A stretch of DNA of 64,000 nt from Rhodothermales bacterium (GTDB lineage: Bacteria > Bacteroidota > Rhodothermia > Rhodothermales > Bin80): assembly GCA_965207565.1 (NCBI GenBank), contig CBDBMQ010000033.1, positions 4,325 to 68,324 on the forward strand, written 5' to 3'. The notes beneath the pieces are model-generated. The model was not told the origin of the DNA and made no database searches. It saw only the letters and a list, made by a program, of their open reading frames with translations. Both the position numbers and the translations under genes were made by a program. Shown here one piece after another: positions 39,996 to 48,875 of this stretch. Within the stretch, counting starts at the first letter, position 1, and every line of letters starts with the position of its first letter.

Positions 39996-40430
39996 TCATG
40001 TGCAGACCGACTGGACGACCGCCTTCCCAATCGCCTTCGCGAGCGCTGGAGGAACCGCGTTTCCAATCAGTCGGGCAATGTCACGCTTGGAACGTGTTGT
40101 TTCGGGGGGGACAAATTCGTATCCCGCGGGAAAGCTTTGCAGGAGCGCCCACTCCCGGAGGGATAGTGCCCGATCTTGCTCGGGATGTCCAAAACGGCCG
40201 CAGCCATACGTGTAGAACCGTGTTGTGATAGTCGGGGCCGGGAGATGCCAACCCATCCGCCCATAGACATTCCTCCAACTGATCCGATCTTGATTGCTGT
40301 GGCAATCATTAACCAGGTGGGGCGGCCAATCCCGCCAGCTCTTGCCGGGGATGGATGCGCGAATCCGTTCCAGATTCACCGGGGATAGCTCGGACGCCTG
40401 GTGGAGATGATCCAGGTCGCACCTCCCCCA
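39996..40430 (-). pseudogene. dcm: 5'-truncated DNA (cytosine-5)-methyltransferase remnant
   Basis: Only the C-terminal part is present: PAPTITT...GRFGHPEQDRALSLREWALLQSFPAGYEF...IGNAVPPALAKAIG (motifs IX-X). There are no motif I or IV (PC) sequences. The reading frame runs straight into the truncated IS copy at 40429. Confidence 0.8.
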
Positions 40431-41129
40431 TAACTTGGCCGAACTGGATCGGCTGGGGATCGATTTTATCACACTGCGGCGCCGGTATGCGGCATTGACC
40501 CAGCGAGTCCATCGGCTGGATCCATCGGCATGGACCAAAATCCGGCTCTCCAATATCGGGCGCGCCTATCGGAGCCCGAGTGTGGTGGATGAAACCGTTG
40601 AGTTGCGAAACTATCCCAAACCGCTCCGACAACTTCTCGTCAAAAATCTGGGCCATGATAAACCCACGATTCTGATTACCAATCAAATGGAGCGCGCGGC
40701 CTCGAAACTCATTGATCGGTATGCCCGGCGCATGGTCATTGAAAATGTCATTAGTGACGCCATTGACTTCTTTCACATGGACGCATTGAGTTCCGCCGTC
40801 CCCATGCGAATCAATGTGGACATTCAGTTGACCGTGATGGCCAGCGTGCTGTATCGTCTTCTGGGAGTCCGAGTCGGTCACGGGTATGAAAAATCCGAAG
40901 CAAGAACCATCTACCGGGATTTGGTCAAACATAATGGAAACGTCACCATCACCCAAGACGAAATCCTGGTCCAGTTACGGGCAAGGGCAAAAACCAACTA
41001 CTTGAGTGCAGCGGGATACCCTGAATTACGACAAAGAATCCCCTGGCTTAACAATAAAATCCTCCGAGTACAGTTCGACAAACGCCCCTGAAATTCACAT
41101 ACCAAAATCCTCCCGGTAATTCAGGCTAG
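40429..41129 (+). mobile_element. truncated second copy (3' 701 bp) of the 36.4-38.4 kb IS
   Basis: Colinear with 37715..38415 at high nucleotide identity. The encoded 217 aa differ at 8 positions from the full copy. The homology starts abruptly at cataacttggccgaactggatc, and both copies share the same right terminus caggctag. Confidence 0.9.
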
Positions 41130-41546
41130 TAAACGTTTAGCCAACAGTAGCCACGCGTGGCTGCCCCGAGCTCGAAGAGTGACCTGCTACCCGAGAATTG
41201 GCCAGTTTTTGGGTAGCCTTCAACTACGGCTTCGCCGAATAAATACGGCAGTTCACCAGCCTGATGTGTGCTGAATATTTTGGCTATAGCATGTGTCACA
41301 GATTCGTTGTTGGCATGGAAAACGCACGCCGCCAACCGTGAGGCAACGCGCAAGGCGACCGGCGTAACCTCGTCCGACAGACTCACGCGAACAAGCTACC
41401 GAAAACCCCGGTGCCATTCGTATTTCTTTTGTCGCAACAATATCTTACTATAGTGCCAATCCGACTTTGCCGGAACAGTAGCGAAACAAATGGTGTTGAG
41501 CCAGATAAGGCAGGCGAGTCCGAGACACGAGACAATTGGACGGGCT

Positions 41547-41852
41547 ATGGAACTGAAACTTGAGGATCTCGCATATCAGCGTGAAGCTATCGATGCCGTC
41601 GTGCGCCTGTTTGTGAGACAGCCGCACAATACATTCGATATGGCTTGCCGCGAAGATGTATGGAGCAATGTCCTCACCATCCCTACCGAGCAGGTCCGCG
41701 AGAATTTCCTCGGATCCATCGAAGCCAGCGGCATTGATGAAAAAACGGCTTCTCTTGACGAAGCACTGGTCTTCTGCATCGAGATGGAAACAGGCACCGG
41801 CGAGGATTACTCTGTGTTCAAGACCCGTGCCAACGGAGTTTCGCATGCCTGA
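41547..41852 (+). pseudogene. Type III restriction enzyme Res subunit, N-terminal stub
   Basis: MELKLEDLAYQREAIDAVVRLF...LVFCIEMETGTGEDY resembles Res N-termini up to a degenerate Walker A (canonical METGTGKTY). The frame then terminates after about 100 of an expected 900+ aa. Confidence 0.6.
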
Positions 41853-43007
41853 CAAAGTTCGGGATTCGGGAGAAGATCCCAAATACACCAACTCTGGACA
41901 ATGCCACAGTATTCGGTAGGATTGTTGACATTCTCGAAGATGCACGCGGTCATGTCGCCCGAACGGTCAACAGCACGATGGTGGTCGCATATTGGCTGAT
42001 CGGACGTGAAATCGTCGAGGAAGAGCAGAAGGGACAGAAACGAGCGGACTACGGCAAGGCTGTAATTGAAGATCTGTCAAAGCGGCTGACGCAACGCTAT
42101 GGCAAGGGCTTCTCCGCCTCCTCCTTGTGGAATATGCGGAAATTCTATCAAACGTATATTGGCCGCTCCACAGCCATTCTCTCCCCGGTGGGTAGAGAAT
42201 TGCGCGAGAGCGAAAAACTCCACACACGGGGCGAAGATTTGACACCAAAACAGCCACCAACGGGCGTCGAGTCCGCAACCGGCTTTCATCCCGATCTGAG
42301 TTGATCGCACTATCGCGCGCTGATGTGCGTCGAGAACGAGGAGGCACGGCAATTCTATGAACAGAAAGCCGCTCGGAACCACTGGAACAAGCGGCAGCTT
42401 GAACGACAAATCAACACCCTGCTCTTTGAACACCTGCTCAAGAGCCGCGACAAGGACGGTGTGCTGCGACTTGCCAATGAAGGTCACATGACCGAACATC
42501 CCATCGGCATCATCAAAGACCCTTATGCCTTGGAGTTCCTGGGGGTTCCAGAGTCGCATTGATTGCTCGAAAGCGATCTGGAGGCGGCCCTTACGTCCCA
42601 CATGCAGGAGTTTCTGCTGGAATTAGGGGCTGGATTTGCCTTCGTGCCCCGACAGAAACGACTCACGCTGGATGGAGACATCTTTTATGCAGATCTCGTC
42701 TTCTATCACATGCGCCTCAAGTGCTATGTAATTATCGACTTGAAAACAGAAAAGCTCACTCATGGCGACATCGGCCAGATGCAAATGTACGTTCACTATT
42801 TCGATTGAGAAGTTTGCAACCAGGAGGACAACCCCACGATCGGCTTGATCCTCTGCACCGACAAGAATGACGCCGTCGAATTACGTACTCGATAAGGGCA
42901 ACGAACGTATTTTCGCCAGTCATTACAAGCTGGATCTTCCGCCCAAGGAAGAGTTGCGCAGACTGCTTTTGGAATGGCGTACCGAGAGTGAAGAAGATAA
43001 GTTATGA
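41845..43007 (+). pseudogene. DUF1016 (YhcG-like PD-(D/E)xK nuclease) pseudogene
   Basis: Homology is colinear across ORFs 41978.., 42323.. and 42563.. in one frame. It is interrupted by in-frame TGA codons at 42302 (LS*SHY, expected W), 42560 and 42806 (FD*EV, expected R), plus a frameshift near 42870. The C-terminus, NYVLDKGNERIFASHYKLDLPPKEELRRLL, is readable in the shifted frame. Confidence 0.75.
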
Positions 43008-43363
43008 ACAAGGCCATTATGGATCGAATGCCATCCTCGCCGGATGTGAACCAAGAACATCTGGAACAACTCCGTGCACATATGCTGAACCTCTTTGCCA
43101 ACGATGGGGCTCTCAACCCAGACGAGTTGAAACACCTTATCGGTCCCAACTTGGTGTCGGAGTCCGAGCGCTTTGAATTTCGTTGGTTCGGTGAGGCCGA
43201 CGCGCAACGCCTTCACGCCGACGCTCGCATCTTTGCGAACATCGGTCAACATTGTCCCCTTCGCCACGCCGAGTCCGATATCGACGCACTTGCCGTTGAC
43301 CGTGAGACGTTGTACATACGAACACGTTATGCTGTCCACTCCGTACTTTGTCCGCCCCTTTGA
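43004..43363 (+). pseudogene. Type III RM methyltransferase Mod, N-terminal stub
   Basis: LRAHMLNLFANDGALNPDELKHLIG...SERFEFRWFGEADAQRL resembles the conserved Mod N-terminus (ERYxLxWxGKxxA). It terminates before any DPPY/SAM motif. Confidence 0.55.
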
Positions 43364-43726
43364 ACGAACAGCATGAGCCCTGGAACCCAGTCATCGGAAT
43401 ACCGCCCCGGTAGGTCAATGCTTTCCATGAATTGCCTGGTCAGTTTCTTTTTTTACGTGATCGCTACCACTCGCGTTACCGCGACCGGATATACCACGGG
43501 CTATAATTGGATACAACATGCCACCAACGTGCATTACAATGTTGACATTTATGAACCTGAAAGAGGCAGCAGGAAACCAGTACATGGCGGACTCCCTCTC
43601 CGTCCTCAGGGGAACACACACGGTGAGCGCACTCTTCACATCGAACACGGTTCGTGATTTTTCGTTTGCCCTGTTGAACTCGGGCCGGGTGCGGTCTTTT
43701 TTCTCAGCAACATCTTTTGCTTCCTC

Positions 43727-44287
43727 ATGACGTCTCGACGGAAACTGGTTGGGCTGACAGCACCAAGTGGTGCCGGAAAATCCAGCCTTGCACAACGGGT
43801 GCTGGAAGAGTTCCCGTCTATGCAATTGTCTGTATCTGCGACGACAAGGCCTCCGCGCTCCTATGAACAACATGGCCGGGAGTATTATTTCGTTTCCGTG
43901 CCGGAATTTGAGCGCCTGATCGCCGAAGAGGCCCTCCTCGAATACGAGGAGGTGTATCCCGGGCGTTTCTATGGGACACCACTCTCTGCACTCGCAGAGT
44001 CCGATGCCCCTCTCTTGCTGGATATTGACGTTAAGGGAGCCGCCCGGGTTCGCTCTGCTTACGGCGGGTTTTTTATCTTCGTCGCTCCGCCATCAGAATC
44101 TGAACTGAAAAACCGCCTGAACAACCGGGGCACAGAATCCATAGAGACACTTGATCTGCGACTGCAAAGAGCAAAACTTGAACTTGCCTATGCTGATCAA
44201 TTTGATGCACTTGTGGTAAACGATTCTCTTGATAGAGCTGCAATGGAAGCGATTGCACTAATTAAGGACTACCTTCACAATGAGTGA
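43727..44287 (+). CDS. gmk: guanylate kinase
   Basis: 186 aa. LTAPSGAGKSSL, SATTRPPRSYEQHGREYYFVS. Confidence 0.95.
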   Translation: MTSRRKLVGLTAPSGAGKSSLAQRVLEEFPSMQLSVSATTRPPRSYEQHGREYYFVSVPEFERLIAEEALLEYEEVYPGRFYGTPLSALAESDAPLLLDIDVKGAARVRSAYGGFFIFVAPPSESELKNRLNNRGTESIETLDLRLQRAKLELAYADQFDALVVNDSLDRAAMEAIALIKDYLHNE

Positions 44288-45494
44288 ATCAAGCCGAATT
44301 GCGGAACTGCATGGCAAGCGTCTTCTTCTTGGCGTGACTGGAAGCATTGCTGCATACAAGGCTGCCGAATTGATTCGACGGCTGCGAAAACTTGGCACCG
44401 AAGTGCAGGTTCTGGCAACGCAGGGGGCATCCCAGTTTATCTCACCAACAACCCTGGCAACCCTGTCCGGTCGGAGCGTGCTCACAGATCTGTTCGATGG
44501 GGCAGAAGAGGATACTTGGACCAAGCACATCACTCTGGGACACTGGGCAGACCTCTTCGTGATTGCACCTACGACCGCCCAGACTCTGGCAAAATTGGCG
44601 AATGGGTTTTCGGACAATATGCTGACCGCAACCGCTCTGGCGGCCCGCTGCCCAATACTGGTGTGTCCGGCCATGGATCATGATATGTACATGCATCCTG
44701 CTGTCCGCTTGAACCTGAAACGCCTCCAGGGATTCGGCTACCATGTCCTGCCTCCTGGTTATGGAGAACTGGCCAGTGGGCTCGTCGGGTTGGGGCGTCT
44801 CCCGGATCCAGAAGATATTCTCGAACGGATTGCGTCTCTTTTGCCTGACGAGTTGCGTGGTAAGCATGCTCTGGTTACTGCCGGCCCTACGCGTGAGCCT
44901 ATCGATCCCGTTCGAGTTCTGACCAACCATTCGACCGGTACGATGGGCTTTGCTCTTGCAAAAGATCTTGTCCGGCGCGGAGCACAGGTAACGCTGGTAA
45001 CCGGTCCTACGTTGTTAAACACCCCTGACGGGGTGCGACGCATTGATATCACCACGAGCGCAGAAATGCTTGAGGCGGTCCTGGCCCATAAGGATGCGGA
45101 TTTCATCTTTATGGCGGCGGCTGTGGCGGATTATGCACCGGTTGAGTCTCATCCTTCAAAAATCAAGAAGCAGGAGGATCAGCTTACACTCCGACTGCAT
45201 CGCACCTCTGATATCCTCGCACGACTGGGGAAACGGCGTCGTAATGGTCAAGTCCTGGTCGGCTTCGCCATGGAAACGGAAAACGGTCTGGTGAATGCCC
45301 GAAAAAAACTCACCGAAAAGAACCTGGACTGGATTGTCCTCAACAACCTGAGCGAAGAAGGTGCCGGCTTCGGTACGGAAACCAATCGCGTAACCCTCAT
45401 CGGGAAAGATGGCTCGTCCTTCCCATTGGAGGTAATGTCGAAACAGGAGGTCGCCACTGCCCTTTTGGACCGAATCTTGACTGATTGTGCATAA
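44280..45494 (+). CDS. coaBC: bifunctional phosphopantothenoylcysteine decarboxylase/synthetase
   Basis: 404 aa. Flavoprotein domain LLLGVTGSIAAYKA, PAMDHDMY, and the CoaB domain VTAGPTREPIDPVRVLTNHSTG. Confidence 0.95.
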   Translation: MSESSRIAELHGKRLLLGVTGSIAAYKAAELIRRLRKLGTEVQVLATQGASQFISPTTLATLSGRSVLTDLFDGAEEDTWTKHITLGHWADLFVIAPTTAQTLAKLANGFSDNMLTATALAARCPILVCPAMDHDMYMHPAVRLNLKRLQGFGYHVLPPGYGELASGLVGLGRLPDPEDILERIASLLPDELRGKHALVTAGPTREPIDPVRVLTNHSTGTMGFALAKDLVRRGAQVTLVTGPTLLNTPDGVRRIDITTSAEMLEAVLAHKDADFIFMAAAVADYAPVESHPSKIKKQEDQLTLRLHRTSDILARLGKRRRNGQVLVGFAMETENGLVNARKKLTEKNLDWIVLNNLSEEGAGFGTETNRVTLIGKDGSSFPLEVMSKQEVATALLDRILTDCA

Positions 45495-45584
45495 CGTGTG
45501 GGTAACTGCAGGGATCTTGTCTGATTGCGCGGTAATTTTAGTCTCCTGCGGGTACAACCATTTTAGCTTTGGTTCTATCCCTAT

Positions 45585-46286
45585 TTGTGTGCAATGATCT
45601 CGGCACTTCACCACCTTAAGGACAGTCTTTCAGCGGAGGCAAGCCTACACGGCCCGCTTATTCCGTTAGAGCCCAAAAAAAGGTTCGCACAGAAGATCAT
45701 GGATCTGGTTGACCCTCAGAACCCCGTACATCAGGTCCTATCCCTGGATGCGCTTCGGGACTATGTAGACTCCTCTGTTCTCATTCCGATTGACGCACAG
45801 CGTACGCATGCCGTTTTTGGCGAGGGAAACCCCCAGGCAAACATCATGCTCATCGGCGAGGCACCTGGAGCGGACGAAGATCAGCAAGGCCGACCTTTTG
45901 TCGGCCGGGCCGGTCAACTGCTTGACAAAATGATCGCGGCAATCCACCTATCCAGGGATGAGATCTTTATTGCAAACATTCTCAAATCCCGCCCTCCCGG
46001 AAACCGTGATCCGAAACATGACGAAATTGCTGCCCATCTGCCTGTTCTCTACCGGCAAATGTCCCTCATTCAACCTAAATTTATCCTCTGTCTGGGGCGG
46101 ATTGCAAGTCAGACCTTGCTTGGGACCAATGCCCCTCTTGGAAAACTACGAGGGCAAGCTCACCCCTACTATGGAAGCACGCTGCTCGCCACCTATCACC
46201 CGGCGGCTCTTTTACGAAATCAGAACTGGAAGCGGCCAGCCTGGGAAGACTTGAAACTCCTACAACAACTCTACTCGGCTCTCTAA
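45585..46286 (+). CDS. uracil-DNA glycosylase, family 4
   Basis: [41 protein letters not shown] and HPAALLRN. The start could also be the ATG at 45594. Confidence 0.9.
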   Translation: MCAMISALHHLKDSLSAEASLHGPLIPLEPKKRFAQKIMDLVDPQNPVHQVLSLDALRDYVDSSVLIPIDAQRTHAVFGEGNPQANIMLIGEAPGADEDQQGRPFVGRAGQLLDKMIAAIHLSRDEIFIANILKSRPPGNRDPKHDEIAAHLPVLYRQMSLIQPKFILCLGRIASQTLLGTNAPLGKLRGQAHPYYGSTLLATYHPAALLRNQNWKRPAWEDLKLLQQLYSAL

Positions 46287-46290
46287 TACC

Positions 46291-47733
46291 ATGCAAAGCG
46301 AAGCAATCCCCCCTCGAGGCCCCATCCTGGTTCAGAATTTGCAGGATTCCTCGGGGCGTGTTCCTCCCCAGGCTGTTGAGGTTGAGAGGTATGTCCTAGG
46401 AGCCGTGTTGATTGATCCAGAGGCCGTGAGCATTGCAACGGAAATCCTGCCTGCAGATGCCTTCTATTTGCCGAAGCACGCGAACATTTACCGAGCCATC
46501 CTAGATCTTTCCGCCAAGGGGCAACCCATAGATATCATTACGGTTGCCGAGCAGTTGAAAGCAACGAAGAAACTGGATCAGATTGGTGGCATCCCATACC
46601 TGAATGACCTTACTGAACATGTCGCAACTTCTGCAAACACCGAGCACCACGCACGTATCATAAGCCAGAAAGCTCTCTTGCGCAATCTTATTGGAGCAAT
46701 GGGTAGGCGGATCACAGAGGCTTATGATCCGGCAGCCGATGCGTTTGAACTCCTTGACGCGGCAGAAAAGGATCTCTTTTCCATCTCTGAAAGCCAGGTC
46801 CGCAGATCAGCAAAAAACTTAAAAGATGTCATACAGGAAACGGTTGCCCACCTTCAAACCATTGCAGAGCGACCAGAAGGTCTTTCGGGGGTAACCAGCG
46901 GATTTACAGATCTCGACAAATTAACTGGGGGATGGCAGGACTCCGACCTAGTCATCATTGCCGGCCGGCCGTCAATGGGGAAAACTGCGTTTGCTCTGGC
47001 GTGCGCACGTAATGCCGCCTTAGCCTCCCAGAACCCTGTAAGTTGCGCAATTTTCTCCCTGGAAATGAGTGCCAGACAGCTAGCTCAGCGCCTGCTGACC
47101 TCCGAAGCCAAGGTAAATGCCCAGAATGCTCGTACGGGAAAGCTAAGCCAGAATGACCATCACGCTGTCGTGGAGGCTGCTGGGAAATTGGGCCTTGCCC
47201 CGATCTTTATTGATGATTCAGATGGTCTGGGGATTCTGGAATTACGTGCCAAATGCCGCCGACTAAAGTCTGAGCATGATATTGGGCTTGTGCTGGTTGA
47301 TTACCTGCAACTCATGGAGGGGCGAGCCAGTAAGGATAATCGGGAGCAGGAAATCGCAAATATCTCTCGCTCTCTTAAAGGACTTGCAAAAGAGCTTGAA
47401 ATTCCGGTGGTCGCACTCAGTCAGCTGAATCGAAATGCGGAGGACCGAAAAGATAAGCGGCCGCAATTGTCGGACTTACGTGAGAGTGGTGCGATTGAGC
47501 AGGATGCCGATGTAGTCGCATTTATTTATCGCGCATCTTATTACGGCATCGAATCCGATAAAGACAATCAGCCAACCAAAGGGATCGCGGAGATCATTGT
47601 TGGCAAGCACCGAAACGGCCCTACTGGGACCGTCAAGCTCAGCTTTGAGACAGACTTCGCCCGCTTCTCAAATCTCGAAGCATACCGGAGACAGGAGGAC
47701 TATGCCTCCGGCCTCGACGACTGGTCGGTCTGA
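46291..47733 (+). CDS. dnaB: replicative DNA helicase DnaB
   Basis: 480 aa. PPQAVEVERYVLGAVL N-terminal domain, Walker A IIAGRPSMGKTAFAL, LRESGAIEQDADVV. Confidence 0.96.
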   Translation: MQSEAIPPRGPILVQNLQDSSGRVPPQAVEVERYVLGAVLIDPEAVSIATEILPADAFYLPKHANIYRAILDLSAKGQPIDIITVAEQLKATKKLDQIGGIPYLNDLTEHVATSANTEHHARIISQKALLRNLIGAMGRRITEAYDPAADAFELLDAAEKDLFSISESQVRRSAKNLKDVIQETVAHLQTIAERPEGLSGVTSGFTDLDKLTGGWQDSDLVIIAGRPSMGKTAFALACARNAALASQNPVSCAIFSLEMSARQLAQRLLTSEAKVNAQNARTGKLSQNDHHAVVEAAGKLGLAPIFIDDSDGLGILELRAKCRRLKSEHDIGLVLVDYLQLMEGRASKDNREQEIANISRSLKGLAKELEIPVVALSQLNRNAEDRKDKRPQLSDLRESGAIEQDADVVAFIYRASYYGIESDKDNQPTKGIAEIIVGKHRNGPTGTVKLSFETDFARFSNLEAYRRQEDYASGLDDWSV

Positions 47734-47740
47734 TGTAATG

Positions 47741-47811
47741 AGGTGACGGGCGGATTCGAACCGCCGTACAAGGCTTTGCAGGCCTCTGCCTAGCCACTCG
47801 GCCACGTCACC
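47741..47811 (-). tRNA. tRNA-Cys (anticodon GCA)
   Basis: Reverse complement folds as GGTGACG/CGTCACC acceptor, GAGGC-CTGCAAA-GCCTT anticodon arm, GGCGG-TTCGAAT-CCGCC T-arm. Confidence 0.88.
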
Positions 47812-47812
47812 T

Positions 47813-48093
47813 TGGCACGCCCGGCAGGACTCGAACCTGCAACCTGCGGATTCAGGTTTGTGCCGGTTTCCCGACTCCCTGGACTATCTCTTCACCTTTT
47901 TCAGTTATGCCTGAAGGAAGGGGTGGCCGTCTAGTCTCTACACCTTCCCCCACGGGGGCTTGGCTCGGGATTACCGTGAACCTCTGTTCCGTAGGCTTCC
48001 CCGAATTTGACCACTTACTCGCTGGTCGTTTCCAGCCAGCGGCCCGCTTTTGTTGCAGAAGTCCGCTGCTCTATCCAGTTGAGCTACGAGCGC
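47813..48093 (-). tRNA. split tRNA-Arg (anticodon TCT) gene interrupted by a group I intron; exon 1 48093..48057, exon 2 47852..47813 (CCA encoded)
   Basis: The joined exons give GCGCTCG-TA-GCTC-AACTGGATA-GAGC-A-GCGGA-CTTCTAA-TCCGC-AGGTT-GCAGG-TTCGAGT-CCTGC-CGGGCGT-G-CCA. All four stems pair; the acceptor pairs 7/7 including two G.U. Confidence 0.85.
47853..48056 (-). ncRNA. group I intron (IC3-like, 204 nt, no ORF) in the tRNA-Arg(UCU) anticodon loop
   Basis: Inserted after U36 and ends in G. It contains GUCAAAUUCGG, CGAGCCAAGC and GAAGGUGUAGAGACUAGACGGC, which match the Azoarcus tRNA-Ile intron core as I remember it. It also has two GAAA-tetraloop hairpins (CGCUGGCUG-GAAA-CGACCAGCG and GUCG-GAAA-CCGGC). 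Confidence 0.85.
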
Positions 48094-48123
48094 CTGTATG
48101 TAATAGAACTGATATCCGCGCAG

Positions 48124-48197
48124 TCGGGGCGGCCGGATTTGAACCGACGACTTCTGCGTCCCAAACGCAGTGCTCTACCGGGCTGAGCTACGCCCCG
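48124..48197 (-). tRNA. tRNA-Pro (anticodon TGG)
   Basis: CGGGGCG/CGCCCCG acceptor, CTGCG-TTTGGGA-CGCAG anticodon arm, GTCGG-TTCAAAT-CCGGC T-arm. Confidence 0.9.
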
Positions 48198-48208
48198 AAT
48201 CGGATGGT

Positions 48209-48376
48209 CTACGTGACGGCCTTCAATTCCGCCCGAACATCCTCCTGCGGAACCATTTTTTCTCTGAAGCGGAAGCTCCCGTTTGGCTTCTTTTCCGCAA
48301 TAATGAGCTTGGCCATCACTTTTCGCTCTTGACGGCGCTTGAGGACCTTGTCTCCAAACGATTGTTTCTTGGCCAT
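48209..48376 (-). CDS. DUF4295 family small protein
   Basis: Hand-translated 55 aa: MAKKQSFGDKVLKRRQERKVMAKLIIAEKKPNGSFRFREKMVPQEDVRAELKAVT. Sits immediately downstream of rpmG as in the Bacteroidota-type rpmB-rpmG-DUF4295 operon. Below the ORF-track cutoff. Confidence 0.7.
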   Translation of the reverse strand: MAKKQSFGDKVLKRRQERKVMAKLIIAEKKPNGSFRFREKMVPQEDVRAELKAVT

Positions 48377-48378
48377 TT

Positions 48379-48552
48379 TTACTTGATCTCCCTATGCAGT
48401 GTGTGCTTTCGTAGTGTCGAATTGTACTTTTTGAGCTCCAGTCGACCCGACGTGTTGCGCCGGTTCTTGACCGTTGAATACCGGCTTGTGCCCGGAGCCT
48501 CCGTACACTCGAGGATTATTTTTTGTCGAACGTCTTTTCCTTTCCGTGCCAT
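48379..48552 (-). CDS. rpmG: 50S ribosomal protein L33
   Basis: Hand-translated 57 aa: [57 protein letters not shown]. Below the ORF-track cutoff. Confidence 0.92.
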   Translation of the reverse strand: MARKGKDVRQKIILECTEAPGTSRYSTVKNRRNTSGRLELKKYNSTLRKHTLHREIK

Positions 48553-48569
48553 GTTACAGCCTTATCTAT

Positions 48570-48806
48570 TTAGACCGAGATGCCTTGCGCCCGCGCTTCA
48601 CGCAATACCGCCTCAACCCCTTTCTTGTTGATGGTCTTGATCGTATTCGCCGAAACTCTCAGCTTCACCCACCGCTTTTGTTCGGGCAGATAAAACCGCT
48701 TTGTCTGCAAATTCACTCCAAATCGCCGACGCGTCTTGTTGTGCGCATGTGAGACATGGTTGCCGGACATAGGCCCTTTGCCATTCAATTGATCTTTACG
48801 TGCCAT
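48570..48806 (-). CDS. rpmB: 50S ribosomal protein L28
   Basis: 78 aa. GKGPMSGNHVSHAHNKTRRRFGVNLQ. Confidence 0.94.
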   Translation of the reverse strand: MARKDQLNGKGPMSGNHVSHAHNKTRRRFGVNLQTKRFYLPEQKRWVKLRVSANTIKTINKKGVEAVLREARAQGISV

Positions 48807-48875
48807 TGGTTTTTGTCCCCTTTCCTGTTTTGGGCGACCGGCTTATATGAAACCATTTACCAAACGGTTCCCGAA

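Noticed and set aside
42302-42808. Idea that the three in-frame TGAs in the DUF1016 gene reflect TGA-to-Trp or selenocysteine recoding
   Set aside because: Many bona fide genes in the window terminate at TGA (for example dnaA, dnaB and mcrB). Only one of the three sites aligns to an expected Trp, and the same gene also has a frameshift. Pseudogenisation is the simpler explanation.
43373-43873. ORFs 43373..43657 (+) and 43415..43873 (-) in the gap before gmk
   Set aside because: The minus-strand ORF overlaps the gmk start. Neither has recognisable motifs. The region is better explained as degraded island-edge sequence containing the possible att scar.
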